Below are positions 13,381-25,919 of a DNA stretch of 64,000 bases, piece by piece. The notes under the pieces were generated by a model, which searched no databases, was not told the DNA's origin, and saw nothing but the letters and a program-made list of their open reading frames with translations. The translations under genes were made by a program, and so were the position numbers. The number at the start of each line of letters is the position of its first letter. Position 1 is the first letter of the stretch. Origin of the DNA: Ramazzottius varieornatus (taxonomy: Eukaryota; Animalia; Tardigrada); contig BDGG01000012.1 in assembly GCA_001949185.1 (NCBI GenBank), positions 1,680,795 to 1,744,794 of the forward strand, given 5' to 3'.

Positions 13381-14510
13381 TGTCAAATGTCAGCTACCCC
13401 GCTGCCGTTCCTGAACTACTTTCTCACCCCGACTGTATATATCAGCAAAGACACAAACAGTAGCCCCACCCTTACGTTGCAGGAAAAACCGAGAGACGAG
13501 GAGGTCGTCAAGTCGAGATGGAACTGGAAGAATTTGAAATTGAAAAGATTCCACATTCGAGGACCAGAATCTGTTCGACATATTCGTAGTGAGAGCATGA
13601 CGTCATGCACGGGAGGTTCTTTTGGTAAAGATGGCGCCACCTAGCACCCTTAACTACCACTGTCTGGACTTCAGAACACTGAGGTTTTCAGTTTCAAAAC
13701 TTTCCAATATTTTAAAACTGGTTAGACAATACCAGTCCGCGACGGTACCGAAAGAATGTCAGCAACAACGAGAGCCAGGCTTATTAACTGTTCAACTTCC
13801 GGAAAGAAGAAGAAGCAACTACATTTGTGGTTAGCAGCCCTGGCTCTTTGATAGTAGAAACCTTTTGGCTCTTTGAGAGGGAAGATCCTTCAGGTACCGG
13901 AAACGGGCACGTTTGCCCCATCTTGGAGATTATTTCACAAAATTCATTTTAACACATGCGGGCTGGAGTTTACCCAACCACGGATCAAGGCGTTTCTAAC
14001 AGGAGTCTAGACGACGTCGATGCGGAAGTGTACTTGCCGATAACGCATTTTCGGACTTAGGGGCTGGAATTTTATTAAATTTGATGTTAGTATGCGAGGC
14101 TGGCGCGAACGAAAGAACGTATCCATCTGTCGTCCCGAAAGAGAGTTGTTATCACTCCCGGTTATGTTACGCAACGCGCCTGTCAGCTAGCTGCTAAAAC
14201 GGTGGAAATCTTTTCATCAAAGTTGTTAATGACCGTCACGCCGCACGTTCCGGCGAGAAGGCGTTAGCTGAACTGTTATGTAATGCCGAAAGGTGCGGAG
14301 AGAATCTTCCCAGCCATCTGCTTGCTTATTGTGGTTATGTCAACCATTAGTAACAAGGCTCGTAAAGTCGCAAGAAAATGGAGGGATCACGTAATGTTGC
14401 GACATGCACTTCGGTCTCGTTTCCCATCGCGAGCACTTTTCCGGCCGTCTCCATGCAGTCATTGAGAGGACGACTTTTCAAAATCACATAAAGGACCTTC
14501 TTACTTTGCC

Positions 14511-15499
14511 ATGTATCGCCAACTCGGACGCGCGGCTAATGGTCTCGTAATATTTCTTTTGTTGGCGAGCGAAAGTCAAGCAAAGTTTTCTGTTGACTCG
14601 GACGATCAAAGGTAAGCCGGTGCCTTAAGCACAGTAGTTCTGCGCTATCTGGCATGTTACCCTGAATACACAAAGACCAAGCTTCCTTATTCAGATACTA
14701 GTGCTCTGATCATTGAAGGTTTACACCGGAAGAATGGGATGGGTCAGGATACCAAAATTTCTTCGGGCGGCTAACACGACAAGCTTCAGCGGCTCAATGC
14801 TGGCCCAAAGCCACGTTTGGACTACTAGAAACCACTTCCGGGTGTCCGAGTGGCGGCTGGAGTAAAGGTGAAGTGCGGCACTCGCTGAAGAAACAAGCGT
14901 CTGTTTCGCATCCGAACCATCTCAAGACAAAGACTGAGAACGGCGGACTTACGCTGAGCTTCTGCATGAGGAACTCTGAAGTTCCCGAAGAACGTTCGGA
15001 ATTCAACTGCGATTCCAGCGACCCAAGTTTCCCACCTGGATCCTACTGTATCCTGAACGGTCAAAAAGCCAATGTTTACGAACGTTGTCCTCCGGGGTTC
15101 CACTGGTCAGCGGTTGGCTTGGATGACTACGGTCGGAACCCGAATGGTCGGCGAACCGGAAGTGCGCCAACCGGGGAGTATTTTCCTACTTTCACCCACT
15201 ATTATTTCTGCTGCCGAAATGATTCTGACCCACAGACCGAGATCCAACTTCCTACCACGCAGCCTTTTATCTTGTTTCCCATCAACTCCACCCAAAAGTG
15301 TCAGGAAGTTCGTGGCCTAAAAGCCAAAGAGATCCACATGTTTCTCAGCACGGAATCAGAGTCGTATGTCGGATTTCCGGATCGTAAAAACACTCCCTAC
15401 GCATCAACGGAGATTGTCATCGATGGATTGGGCTCTTGCTCTGGAGACAGAGTGGAAAAAGGCCTGAAACTGCACTTATGTTATTACTCTAGATGGTGA
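14511..15499 (+). CDS. Secreted apextrin C-terminal (ApeC) domain protein; exons 14511-14611 and 14719-15499
   Basis: Signal peptide 'MYRQLGRAANGLVIFLLLASESQA'. ApeC pattern 'CWPKATFGL..GCP', 'FPPGSYCI..CPPGF', 'FCCRND', 'LPTTQPFILF', 'CQEVRG', terminal 'LCYY'. Confidence 0.85.
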
Positions 15500-15693
15500 A
15501 GCAGCTGCGTATATCATAGTGTTATGTGTATTTGGCTGCTGTACATCATTGTGTAAATTCCCCACACTGAATTTTGTCATTAGTAACTGTCCACTGAATT
15601 CTTTACGATTTATCAAGAGCAGCCACGTAAACCGCAGATTACTTTTTTTGGATTCAGTAAGAGTAATAAAACAGTGACGGTTCGACCAAAAGT

Positions 15694-16200
15694 TCACCAG
15701 AAATGGTGACGCCAGTCTTTGTGATTTTGTTTCTGATTGTGGTACTTGTACAAATACTGTATTCGCTTCGTCAGGTTACGCCAAGCGGTGGGCATCAGAT
15801 GAGGAGCGTAATGAAACATGGCTCGACGCTGGCGAAGTAATCTTTGAAACTCATTTCCTCGGAATCCACGAAGCCAGTGTGGTCCCTCTGTCAGCATATC
15901 CCGAGGATGCAATGACCCGTCTCCCAGAATGTCGATGTAATCGTTCTGACCAAAAGTGGCTCGCTTGTATGACCAAGGGTTCTTGAGTTGTTGAGGCTTG
16001 ACCGGAAGAGGCTTCAGATCCGGCGTGACAGGCAGCCGAGGAAGAGGGCCGTTAATGTAGTGCTCAAGTGTGAAACCGTGACGGCGAGTATACACTGGAC
16101 GATCTCTATAGCCGCGCACTGCTTGTAGAAGGGGCGACGGACGGCATAGCTTCAGCACCGAACTGAGCAAGCTGCGTCCTGAAGGAAGTGGAGCAGCCAT
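15694..16200 (-). CDS. MRPL51: Mitochondrial ribosomal protein L51
   Basis: 'PWSYKRATFGQNDYIDILGD', 'WLRGFRGNEFQRLLR'; Arg/Ser/Leu-rich presequence; single exon. Confidence 0.95.
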   Translation of the reverse strand: MAAPLPSGRSLLSSVLKLCRPSPLLQAVRGYRDRPVYTRRHGFTLEHYINGPLPRLPVTPDLKPLPVKPQQLKNPWSYKRATFGQNDYIDILGDGSLHPRDMLTEGPHWLRGFRGNEFQRLLRQRRAMFHYAPHLMPTAWRNLTKRIQYLYKYHNQKQNHKDWRHHFW

Positions 16201-16615
16201 GATGCGGGGAAGCTGTCTCAGTCTGAGCCGGTCAGTCTCTGGCCCGTACTTCGCAGATCCAATCTGCTAGCAACGTTACACGCATAAACCGCACCCCTGA
16301 AACTGAAACTGAAAGGCTGGATGATCAATTTCGCCAACACGCTTACGACGAACTGATCCACCTGGAAGGCTGGAACGATAAGCACACTGTTCAGAGCGTC
16401 AGGGCTTTGCCAACGCGAGAGAAGGATCTGCCAAGAAAGAGGAGAGTGCTAAATAGATCACATCTTCCAGAGTTCGGACCGGAAGTAGAGCTTCTACCGG
16501 AAGCGAGGAAGCCTGAAACTGAATGAATAAAAACGCAATAAGCAGCCAAGCTGGGTTTGCGATAATACTCATGTACGCACCACCCATCAAAAATATCCCC
16601 GTACGTTTAGAAGAT

Positions 16616-16829
16616 TGAGCAGTGGGCAGAATGGATCAGTAAGGCGGGACTAGTTTGTGAAGTATGAAGTGGGGCATGATATAAAGAACATCCGTAAATG
16701 ACCAATCAAAGCATAAAACCTGTCATTTTGACAATCTTGATTGGCCAATTAAAGGTAATTTTCCTTTCATTCCCGCTCCATACTTTACAAACTAGTCCCG
16801 CCTTACTGATCCACTCTGCCCACTGCTCA
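16616..16829. mobile_element. MITE with ~60-bp TIRs in the MRPL51/LUC7L3 divergent promoter
   Basis: TGAGCAGTGGGCAGAATGGATCAGTAAGGCGGGACTAGTTTGT ... ACAAACTAGTCCCGCCTTACTGATCCACTCTGCCCACTGCTCA; GAT on both flanks. Confidence 0.75.
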
Positions 16830-17069
16830 GATAAGCCAGCAGTTAATCGTTCGAGCGGTAGAAAAGCTCTGCGTCTGCGTCATAGACAGCTTCTGTGTCA
16901 ACGATGCCGCGCCAGAGGGGGGAAGCGTTTATACTACTGTCAGTCTCACTGTCGATAGCTGTATAAAGCGGAATCGATCATTCGAGGTTCTAGAGATCTC
17001 CCTTTCGATCACCTCCAGCTCTTGGAAATCGAAGCGTGGCCCGGGAGCTGCTGGGTACAACGCGGAATC

Positions 17070-19038
17070 ATGGCGAAGGACTTCATGGCTCAAATGCTGG
17101 ACGAGCTGATGGGACGCAACCGGAATGCTGCTCCTAATGAACGCCAGGAAATGAGCTGGGAAGATGAGACTGTAATAAGTGACTTTTTACATGTCTTGTT
17201 GTTCCTTCCAGATTTTGTTGTGTGCAAGGTAACTCACACAATGTTCACTTCGTTGCAGGTTTGCAAACATCATCTCGTAAAATACTGCCCTCATGAGCTC
17301 TTTCTGAATACGAAAGCTGATATGGGAATCTGTAAGCTGTTGCACGACGACAACTTCAAAGAGCAGTAAGTTGGGCTGTGAATCTTATCTCTTTTTCGGG
17401 TACGATTATGGGAGATACTACGGTTACCGTGGTTATTGCATACAGGTACCAGAACAGCCCGAAGAAAGGCAAGATGGGATACGAAGAAGAGTTCCTACGT
17501 TTCATTAGGCAAATGGTCCAGGATGTCGATCGCAGAATTGATCGAGGCAAAGGACGTTTAGAGTCAACTCGCCAGGCTGCTGTAGGTTTATTTTGTAACA
17601 TCCCGAATGCCCAGACCTCATTCCGTTACGTCTTCTTTAGCAGACGGAAAACATGCATGCTAAGAACGATGAGCGGTTACGTGAACTTTCGGAGAAGATC
17701 GATGCTCTGGTCCAGGAGGTACCGCTCGAGTTCCCGTTCTGTTTCCCGTCGGCCGTAACATTCGATGTTTTTTTAGGCCGGCAAGCTTGGTGCTGAAGGT
17801 AAAGTGGAGGAAGCACAGCAGAAACTTCGGCAGTCCGACCAGCTGAGAAAGGATCGCGATGGACTGAGACAGGTATGTTACCTACGTCAAGTTTATCAGT
17901 TTGGTCGTTTCGGGAAACATACTTGATCGATCGGTTAATTATGTTTTATTTTCCAGACAATCGAAATGGCAATACAGCAGGAGAAGCAGCTTGAAGTGTG
18001 CCAGACCTGTGGAGCGTTCCTGATTGTGGGAGATGCGCAACAACGAATCGATGACCACTTAGCTGGAAAACAGCATATGGGGTACGCCCGCATAAAGGAG
18101 ACGCTGAAAGAAGAAGAGGTACTGTAGATACTGCACGTTGAAATAATAATCATTCTCCATAACAATCTTTCTTGTAGGAGAAGATAAGGGCGGAACTGGA
18201 GGAACGTCGAAAGTCGCGCAGCTCGCGTGGTGGCAGTCGTGAAAGGAGCGAACGCGGCGACAGAAGCGATAGGGATGACCGAAGAAGCCGAAGAGATCGT
18301 AGTCGGGAGAGGTGTGTTATTAGTCTTTTAGTCAACACTAGAAGACTATTATGTTGACCTTGTTCAAAATTCATGATGGGAAATACAAGTGGGTTCTGTC
18401 TACTGCAGTGTACTGTGCCCGCTTGATTATACCTGTTTTTTGCTTGTTCTCTAGATCCAAGCGTCGTTCTCCGTCGCGGGAAAGAAGCAAGAGGCATCGT
18501 TCGCGTGGCGAAAGCTCTGACAGGCGTGTCCGTCGTCGGTCGAGAAGCCGCGAAAGCCGACACCGACGAGACCGCTCCCGCGAACGGGCGAATGGAAGAG
18601 AGTCGGGTCGCCGGGATCGATCAGTTAGTCGTGAACGTGATTCGAAATCTCGTCGTGCTGATCGGTCGAAAGAGCGTAGGTCCAAACGTCGTTCTAGGTC
18701 TCGTGAAGAAGTCAAGCGACGATCTCGCGACGACGATTCGAACTCCAAACGACGCTCGACTTCCTCCTCCGGTATGCCACGAAACTCTGTCGATTGATGC
18801 TTTTTTTCCAAAGAATATACTCATGTTTTATGGCCGAATCACCGAACCGACCAGAGCGAAAATAGTCCCGGCTACTGAATCTGTGTTGTTGCTTTTAGGA
18901 AGCTCTAACCGCGTAAAGCCGGAATCTGCCAAGAACGGCAACGGAATGAAACAGGACAGTCCACAGGTACTCTCAGTCGATTCCATCCATCTCCCGCAAA
19001 ATGGTGGTGGTGAAATGTCAGTCGACGAGCGTGACTAG
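17070..19038 (+). CDS. LUC7L3: LUC7-like 3 (CROP) splicing factor
   Basis: 'AQMLDELMGRNRN', ZnF 'VCKHHLVKYCPHELFLNTKADMGIC', 'LEVCQTCGAFL..DHLAGKQHMGY', RS domain. Last exon at 18899-19038 inferred; the alternative stop is at 18797. Confidence 0.92.
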
Positions 19039-19701
19039 ACATTAGCAGGTAAGCGACCTTGAGTTTGTTAATTAGCGAACCACATGTTTCCAGCGTTTGA
19101 CACGGCTGTCTGTGTCCGTATCCAGAAAAGTGCCAAATAATAGAGGTATTCCAGTTTCTTTTCATCACGTTGATAATTTTGATGCTGCTATGCCTGAGAA
19201 CTTCATGCCACCAGTTAGCTTTGTCCTACACGCTTTTAAGAATTGCACTGGCTCGCACCGAAAAGAAACTCCGATGTCGGAGCAGGTACCCATCTAGATT
19301 ACAGAATTCTGCAGATCTTTCTGCCGTAATCTAGCCCAGTGATCTTGATGCCCAACTTGGAATGCTTTCGACAGATGCGGGAATAACTTTGAGTTTCCTT
19401 TCCACCCTAAGCCTCTTTCGTTGCAGGTCGGCCTACGACGAGAGATTCACCGATCGCGACGGTTGAACAGCAGCTTCGCAAAGATAATCATCGTTCCACA
19501 AACGTACTTTTATCCGAACTCATTACTTTTGCAAAGTCGCCTCTTGAAGTCTTTGTCAATTGTTTGCCACGAATTTGTCAGAAATTTTTGCCTATTGTTC
19601 TTTTCCTCGAGTTGGAGCTAACCATTTGGTCGCATTGCTTCGAAAGGCATCAGCGTCGTGCTCCTCGTACACTTCTCAGTTCTCACCATATCAATCTTGT
19701 G

Positions 19702-19952
19702 TACAGGAGGAGTAAGCATATGTGACCCAGTGAGGAAATGTGTGACCCAGTAGTCTCAGACGGCGCATCCATAGAAAAGCATGAGACACTCGTAATTAAA
19801 ATAAAGCCTATGACGTAACGAATTACAGTGTTGTCTATCGTATATAAAAAGTGTTTTTGTTAACGTAATGCATACTTGATACATGTCACGCCGTCTGAGA
19901 CTACTGGGTCACACATTTCCTCACTGGGTCACACATGCTTACTCCTCCTGTA
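19702..19952. mobile_element. Tc1/mariner-type MITE
   Basis: TA|CAGGAGGAGTAAGCAT..TGTGACCCAGT(x2)..CAGACGGCG: ~60-bp near-perfect TIRs flanked by TA. Confidence 0.85.
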
Positions 19953-19970
19953 CTGCTTATCGATATATTA

Positions 19971-20897
19971 GGTCTGTCAGTATGACTGGGGTTTTTTGGA
20001 GGGAAATCTTAAAAATTCATATCTCTGGCCTTTGGTGGAAATTCTAGTTTCTTCTTCTCATGAATAACAGTACCTGGTAGATACAATAGTCTTTTACCCA
20101 AGGTATGGAAACTCGGCTCCGTGCATTTGGGTGGTTTTGCACGAGGGTGTTTCGTGATCGCAAATTCTCGAAAATTATCTACACCTAGAGTTCTGTTTCT
20201 TGCAGCCACACCAAGGCAGCTAAAAATTCAGACACTACGGTAAACGAGACCTCAACGAAGACGCTAGCGAATGATCGTTTCAGTTCGGCGAGAAAATTTC
20301 ACACCATTAGTTAGCCAGGTGGGAGGAAACGCCTGGAAAAACTGACTTCGGACGAGGCAAAACTACTTGCTTTGAAAGCCGGTCAAGAGCAAAACTTTTC
20401 AAACTTTGAAAGTGGATAGTAAATACATTGGTGTACTCTCCAATAGCTTTGGCTCTCGTTTTCGTTGAGCAACGATAGAGAGAAACACTGGAAAGCTTCC
20501 ACCTCACTAAAGTGACGCACGTCGACAACCACAACTTTCCACCCTGTTTTGCACAAAAGTTCTTTTTCGGAATTCTCAAACCATATCTTTCAAGGTTTTT
20601 TTCTTGCAGTTGACACACCATTTTCAGTAACATAGAACCTTTCAATCCTTCTCGAATTCTAAAAGCCTGTTCCGTGCCAAAACTTTTTCAAATAGGTTGT
20701 GTCCGCAACTGAGGTTTACTCCGTCCGACAGTTTTCTTTTTTCCTGATCTCATTGCGTTGACCAGATCTTGTTTTCTGAAAAATCGGCAAGAGTCTGTTA
20801 GACAGAACATGAGCCAAGTTTTGGATGTCGGTACACTAGCTCTGGAAATTCGTTTGAAAGTGTTCCGCCGAAAACCGCAAAGTTATACTGACAGACC
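19971..20897. mobile_element. Non-autonomous TIR element (~930 bp)
   Basis: GGTCTGTCAGTATGACT ... AGTTATACTGACAGACC, flanked by TTA/TAA; no recognisable internal ORF. Confidence 0.7.
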
Positions 20898-21113
20898 TAA
20901 TAACATACGCAGCTGCGTGTTCCTCTGTTGTACCTATTCGAATTATGTACAAGGTAGCTTAGATGAACCAGCGAAGTCAGATAAAGTCACACAACAAGTT
21001 AGTACGGAACAGGAGTGTAGTAGAATAATCATGTAAAAATTCCGAGTTTGACATGCTAGAAATACTAACCGCCCGAAAAAGACAAGAAAGGGAACTACCG
21101 TATTAAGAGAATA

Positions 21114-23144
21114 TCACAAGACTTCTGGTCGTTGTGCAGGAGGCGGACTTTCGTTGTCCGGTGCGCGGTCTTCTGATTCAACACTACCTCCTCCGTCTGT
21201 TTTGTCCACAGGTTTAGTCACAGCAGCGGCGTAACTAATGGGACTCGAAGACAAGGGATGCTCCACCGCCATCGATGGCGGCGGAGCAGTTTTCTCTAGC
21301 CTGAAAAACGTCACTATATACTCTAATACAATACATCGAGACAAGGGAAGATTGACAAATTGGAGGTCGCACTCACTTGTGTTGCTTAAGTAGCGTACAG
21401 TCTCCCCCTTCGTTCGGATCAATAGCGTATATGTACATGTAACCGTCCGATGATGCGATTAGCAGACGAGGAGTTTTCTGAAGGCTGAAAGCAAAAAGGA
21501 ATGGAGGTCGGAACGATCAAACAACGAGACATAGAACGGATTTATACTTTGTGATAATACAGATATTGCGCACGCCGGCGAAGGGATGTCGGACGAGCGC
21601 GAAGGACCTTCCTTGGTTCACCACATCGGCGACCTGAGAAGGCAGGTAGGTTGCGGCATTGGCGAGCGCCTTGCCGAGGTAATTCATCCATCCTTGGTTC
21701 TGTGCTTCGACCGGCCTACAGTTCCAACAGAAATATGACTTCTCCATCTTCTGTTCGAATAATAGACGAATAAATGAAGACGGAAACCTACTTGGTATCC
21801 GCTGGCTCGAGCTTGAATACATGGACCGTTTCCGTGTTGCTGGAAGAGGAGAGCAGTACGGCATCGGGGCTGAACGCCAAGGAATACATGTTGACACATC
21901 TGCAACAGACCGTATTGATAACTATTTGAACACAGGTAAGTTGTGAAGTGGCAAACCTCTTCATTCCTCTCCGAAGCTCAAAGAGCTTGTCTCCAGAAGG
22001 AATGGCGAAAACTCGGATAACGGTACCCTGCCAAAGACCTTCCGTTAATACTGTCCTCGCCCACTGTGTAGAGAACAGTACCTTTTCGGAAGCGGTGGCC
22101 AGTCTGATTCCTTCCGCATCGAACGCCATACAGGCCAGCGGACTATCATGAGCGGGGACCATCGTAACAGCTCGCTGCAAGCAAAATTACAAACGTTATG
22201 ACATCACTTGATAGGATAGGAAGTTGCAGAGCAGTCACGTACCAGATTCGAAGCGTCGAAGATCTGGACTTCACCGATGGTGCTGCTACCAGGATACGCC
22301 AAAAAGCAGTTTTCGTCCTTCGAGACTAGGCAGCAAAGGCCATGAGGATTGGGTGGAGTGTCTCGGATAGTATGGAGCACTTCCATATTTCTGAAAATGA
22401 AAAAACTGATGTTAGAGAACACTCAAAACCAATGCTACGATAATATGCGAGAACTCACCTGATATTGTGAATGTACAGGCTTTCTTCCAGGCAAACGATC
22501 AGACGCTGAAAAGAATTTAAGACTATGAGTTAATCCGCTGTTCTGAGTCGATGGCAAGAATCAAATATGGGGAAGATATGTTAGTACCAGTCGGTTGAGT
22601 CGAACAGCGAGAATGGTGTTGGAGTAACTGTAATTGCATATTTCCGTTCCCTTCTTGAAGTGGCATACTTTCAGCATCCGGTGAGCATTCAAACTGACGA
22701 TAGCAACCAGGCTACTGGAGAACAGTCGTTCCACAATACAGACATCCTTCTCCGTAGCTAGAAAAGAGATGAATCGCCCAATTAACCATACAACCAACCA
22801 AGTCGTAACCACAAAAATTAATGCGAATCAGTCTAGTCCATCGCGGAAGCGAACAACCCTGACAAAGCAGTTCCCACGAAGAGAATCCATTCCAGATACA
22901 CCTGAAAAACTTACTGTTCTCGTAGATAAGGTCCAATTTCTCTACGGAGAGGATGGTATACAGCTTGTAACCTTTAGTCGTTCCAACCGCGAGCGATCTG
23001 CCAAACGAACCATCGTTATGTATACAGTGACACAGGTATCATTCTTGCTAAGAGCATTGGTACTCACGTTCCATCCTGGTTGAAACCTACGAAGAGGACT
23101 TCCGACTTGGCACCAGTGGTGCCAGAGCTTTCCGTTTGGCTCAT
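21114..23144 (-). CDS. WIPI2: WD-repeat phosphoinositide-interacting protein (WIPI1/2, Atg18)
   Basis: 'FNQDGTSLAVG', '[15 protein letters not shown]', '[25 protein letters not shown]', 'ATASEKGTVIRVF', 'ELRRG', '[12 protein letters not shown]'. Confidence 0.93.
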
Positions 23145-23811
23145 GATGACGGAAGAACAAAATGTCCACGTTTACGGATGAATGACTCCGTCGTACATCC
23201 GTCACGCGCACGGGACGCTGCTGCTTGAGCTACGATAGCAACCACTGACGAACACGCAGAGCATCTAGAGGAAAAGTACCATCAATACCAAGAGGCGATA
23301 CCAACGACGGATATATTACATACAATCTCAATTAACATCAACAGTGAGAATGCTTTGTTTGGAGATTGTCTCCATTACACGTCCAGGGCAACGGTGGTGA
23401 GCTACAGGGAGCAGAGCCAGGTGCTTTGTTGTGGGTGAGTCATGCCGTCAGCTGTTTTCGGTGAATTGGACGAGAATACCGGCGGGCTGAGTGTAACGGC
23501 TCGCCAAACAGCACTGAACAAGGCAAACTTGGCAGGCCGTGGTATTAAGTCTACCCGGTACTCTCGTCCAGGCATGGTCGCGTCGAGTCTTTACGGGAGG
23601 CGGGGTCGTGAAATCGTGACGTGGACGGGACCGTCAGAAAACGGGAAAATCAGTAATTATTATCAGTTTGATCTTCAGAGAAGAAGGGGAAGTAAACCGG
23701 AAGTTGATACGACCGGCCTGCTGTCACGAAATCACCTGTAAGCCAGCCATACTTCTAAGGCTATGCTACCTTCATTCTGAGCCAATTTTCCACCTTTTGT
23801 TTTTGCAGGCA

Positions 23812-25919
23812 ATGTTTGCTCGTGCTTCTCGGTTGACCGTCCTGTCCACCAAACATTCAACGAAAGGACGCTTCATCCCATTGGCCGCGTTGGCGTTGCA
23901 GTCACCTGTTGCATCGTTGCTTTCCACGAGGACTAAACCTTCAGTGACAGCTAACCCAGTAGAAATGGATCCTAGCTTACTAGCGCCGATCACCGAAGTT
24001 GATCCAGAGATATACAACTTGATGCGTGCAGAGAAGGTCCAACAAGCTAATGCTATTAGCCTTATTGCTTCGGAGAATCAGACGAGTCGCGCTGTTTTGG
24101 ACGCACTATGCACCGCTCTTCAGAACCGATATTCAGAAGGATACCCAGGCGCACGGTAAGATCTGGAGTCGGCAGATGTTTATCACCTACATAGTCAGGT
24201 GCGTGTGTCCTGTTCCAGGTATTATGGCGGACAAGAGAATATCGATAAGGTTGAATTATTATGCCAGAAGCGAGCTTTGGAGCTGTACGATTTGGATCCA
24301 AAACAATGGGGTGTGAATGTTCAACCGTACTCGGGATCACCTGCTAACTTTGCTGTATACACTGCTTTGGTGAGAAAACCGAACTTAGGTTCGTCACTGA
24401 TACAATTGGGTGTTTCATTGAGAATTTGTTTCCGTAGGTCGAGCCTCATGGGCGTATAATGGGACTGGATCTTCCCGACGGTGGACATCTCACGCACGGG
24501 TTTATGACGGAAAAGAAACGCATCTCAGCTACATCAATCTTCTTCGAGAGTATGCCGTACAAGGTGAACCCGGAAACCGGCATCATCGACTACGAAAGAC
24601 TTCGAGAGAACGCAAAGCTTTTCAAACCCAAGCTGATCATTGCAGGTGCGTGTTTTCGTACCCGGTTGGCCAAATGTTCTTGATATATTGTGGTACCGGT
24701 TTTCTCCTGTAGGAACCAGCTGTTACCCGCAAATACTCGACTACGCAAAGTTCAAAGAAATTGCCTCGGAAGTAAACGCGATCCTGATGGCTGATATCGC
24801 GCACATCAGCGGGCTGGTGGCAGCCAAGGTCCATCCGAGCCCGTTCGAACACTGCGACATTGTAACTACCACCACGCACAAGACACTTCGCGGACCCCGA
24901 GCCGGCATAATATTCTACCGTAAAGGTATAACGGGAACCTTTCTGGCAGATCAGTATACAGAGCGATTACTGACTGATGCTCGTGTCGTAGGTGTGAAGT
25001 TAACAGATGAAAAGACAAAGAAAGAAATCATATATGACTACGAGAAACCCATCAACGAGGCAGTCTTCCCGGGCTTACAAGGTGGCCCGCATAATAACAC
25101 CATTGCAGGTAATTCATGCATGAAACTTGTGTACTTACCCTTCAGTTTCTGCAAATCAAAGCGTCTTCCTATGGTTTATGTTGCAGTCGCGAAAATATGT
25201 TTGAGCAAGTTGGTATCCTGCAGGTATCGCTGTGGCGCTCAAGTTGGCGAAGACGCCGGAATTCCGGGCGTACCAAACACAAGTGGTCAAGAACTCGAAA
25301 GCTTTAGCCAAAGCTTTGCAACAACGTGGTCACAAGCTCTCAACCGGTAACTTCGAGTTTTCCGGACAGGAATGATGCGGTAGGCAAGAAGTACTGCATG
25401 TAGATTCATCCAGTCTTTTCTCTCGGCAGATGGAACGGAAACTCATCTGTGTCTGCTGGATCTGCGGCCACTTGGTCTCGACGGAGCAAAAGTTGAGCGA
25501 GTACTTGAAGAAGCCATGATCATCTGCAACAAGAACACCTGCCCAGGCGACAAGAGCGCTCTGAAGCCGGGTGGTGTTCGACTTGGGTCTCCCACCATGA
25601 CTACTCGAGGACTGAAGGAAGAGGGCTTTGAGATCATTGCAGAGTTTATCCACAGAGGTACATAATGCATTGCAATTATACAGAGTATTTCGCATAGAAA
25701 ACGAAGCCATGAGATTGAAAGTAACGGGAGGTAATTTTTGCAGCTATCCAAATCGCTGACTACGTTGACCAGCAAGGCGGGAACCGGGCAAAGACGTCCA
25801 AAGAGTTTTACGGTAGGCTGGCCAGTGATGAGGAGTATAAGCAGAAGGTGAAGGCTCTTCGCGAAGACGTAGTGGGATTCGCTTCGCAGCTGCCCACAGC
25901 AGGAGCTCCTGATGTATGA
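23812..25919 (+). CDS. SHMT: Serine hydroxymethyltransferase with mitochondrial presequence
   Basis: 'LIASEN', '[13 protein letters not shown]', '[11 protein letters not shown]', 'GGHLTHG', '[14 protein letters not shown]', '[10 protein letters not shown]', 'NKNTCPGD'. Confidence 0.96.

Noticed and set aside
18371-18811. Antisense Arg/Ser-rich ORF
   Set aside because: Mirror of the LUC7L3 RS-domain codons.
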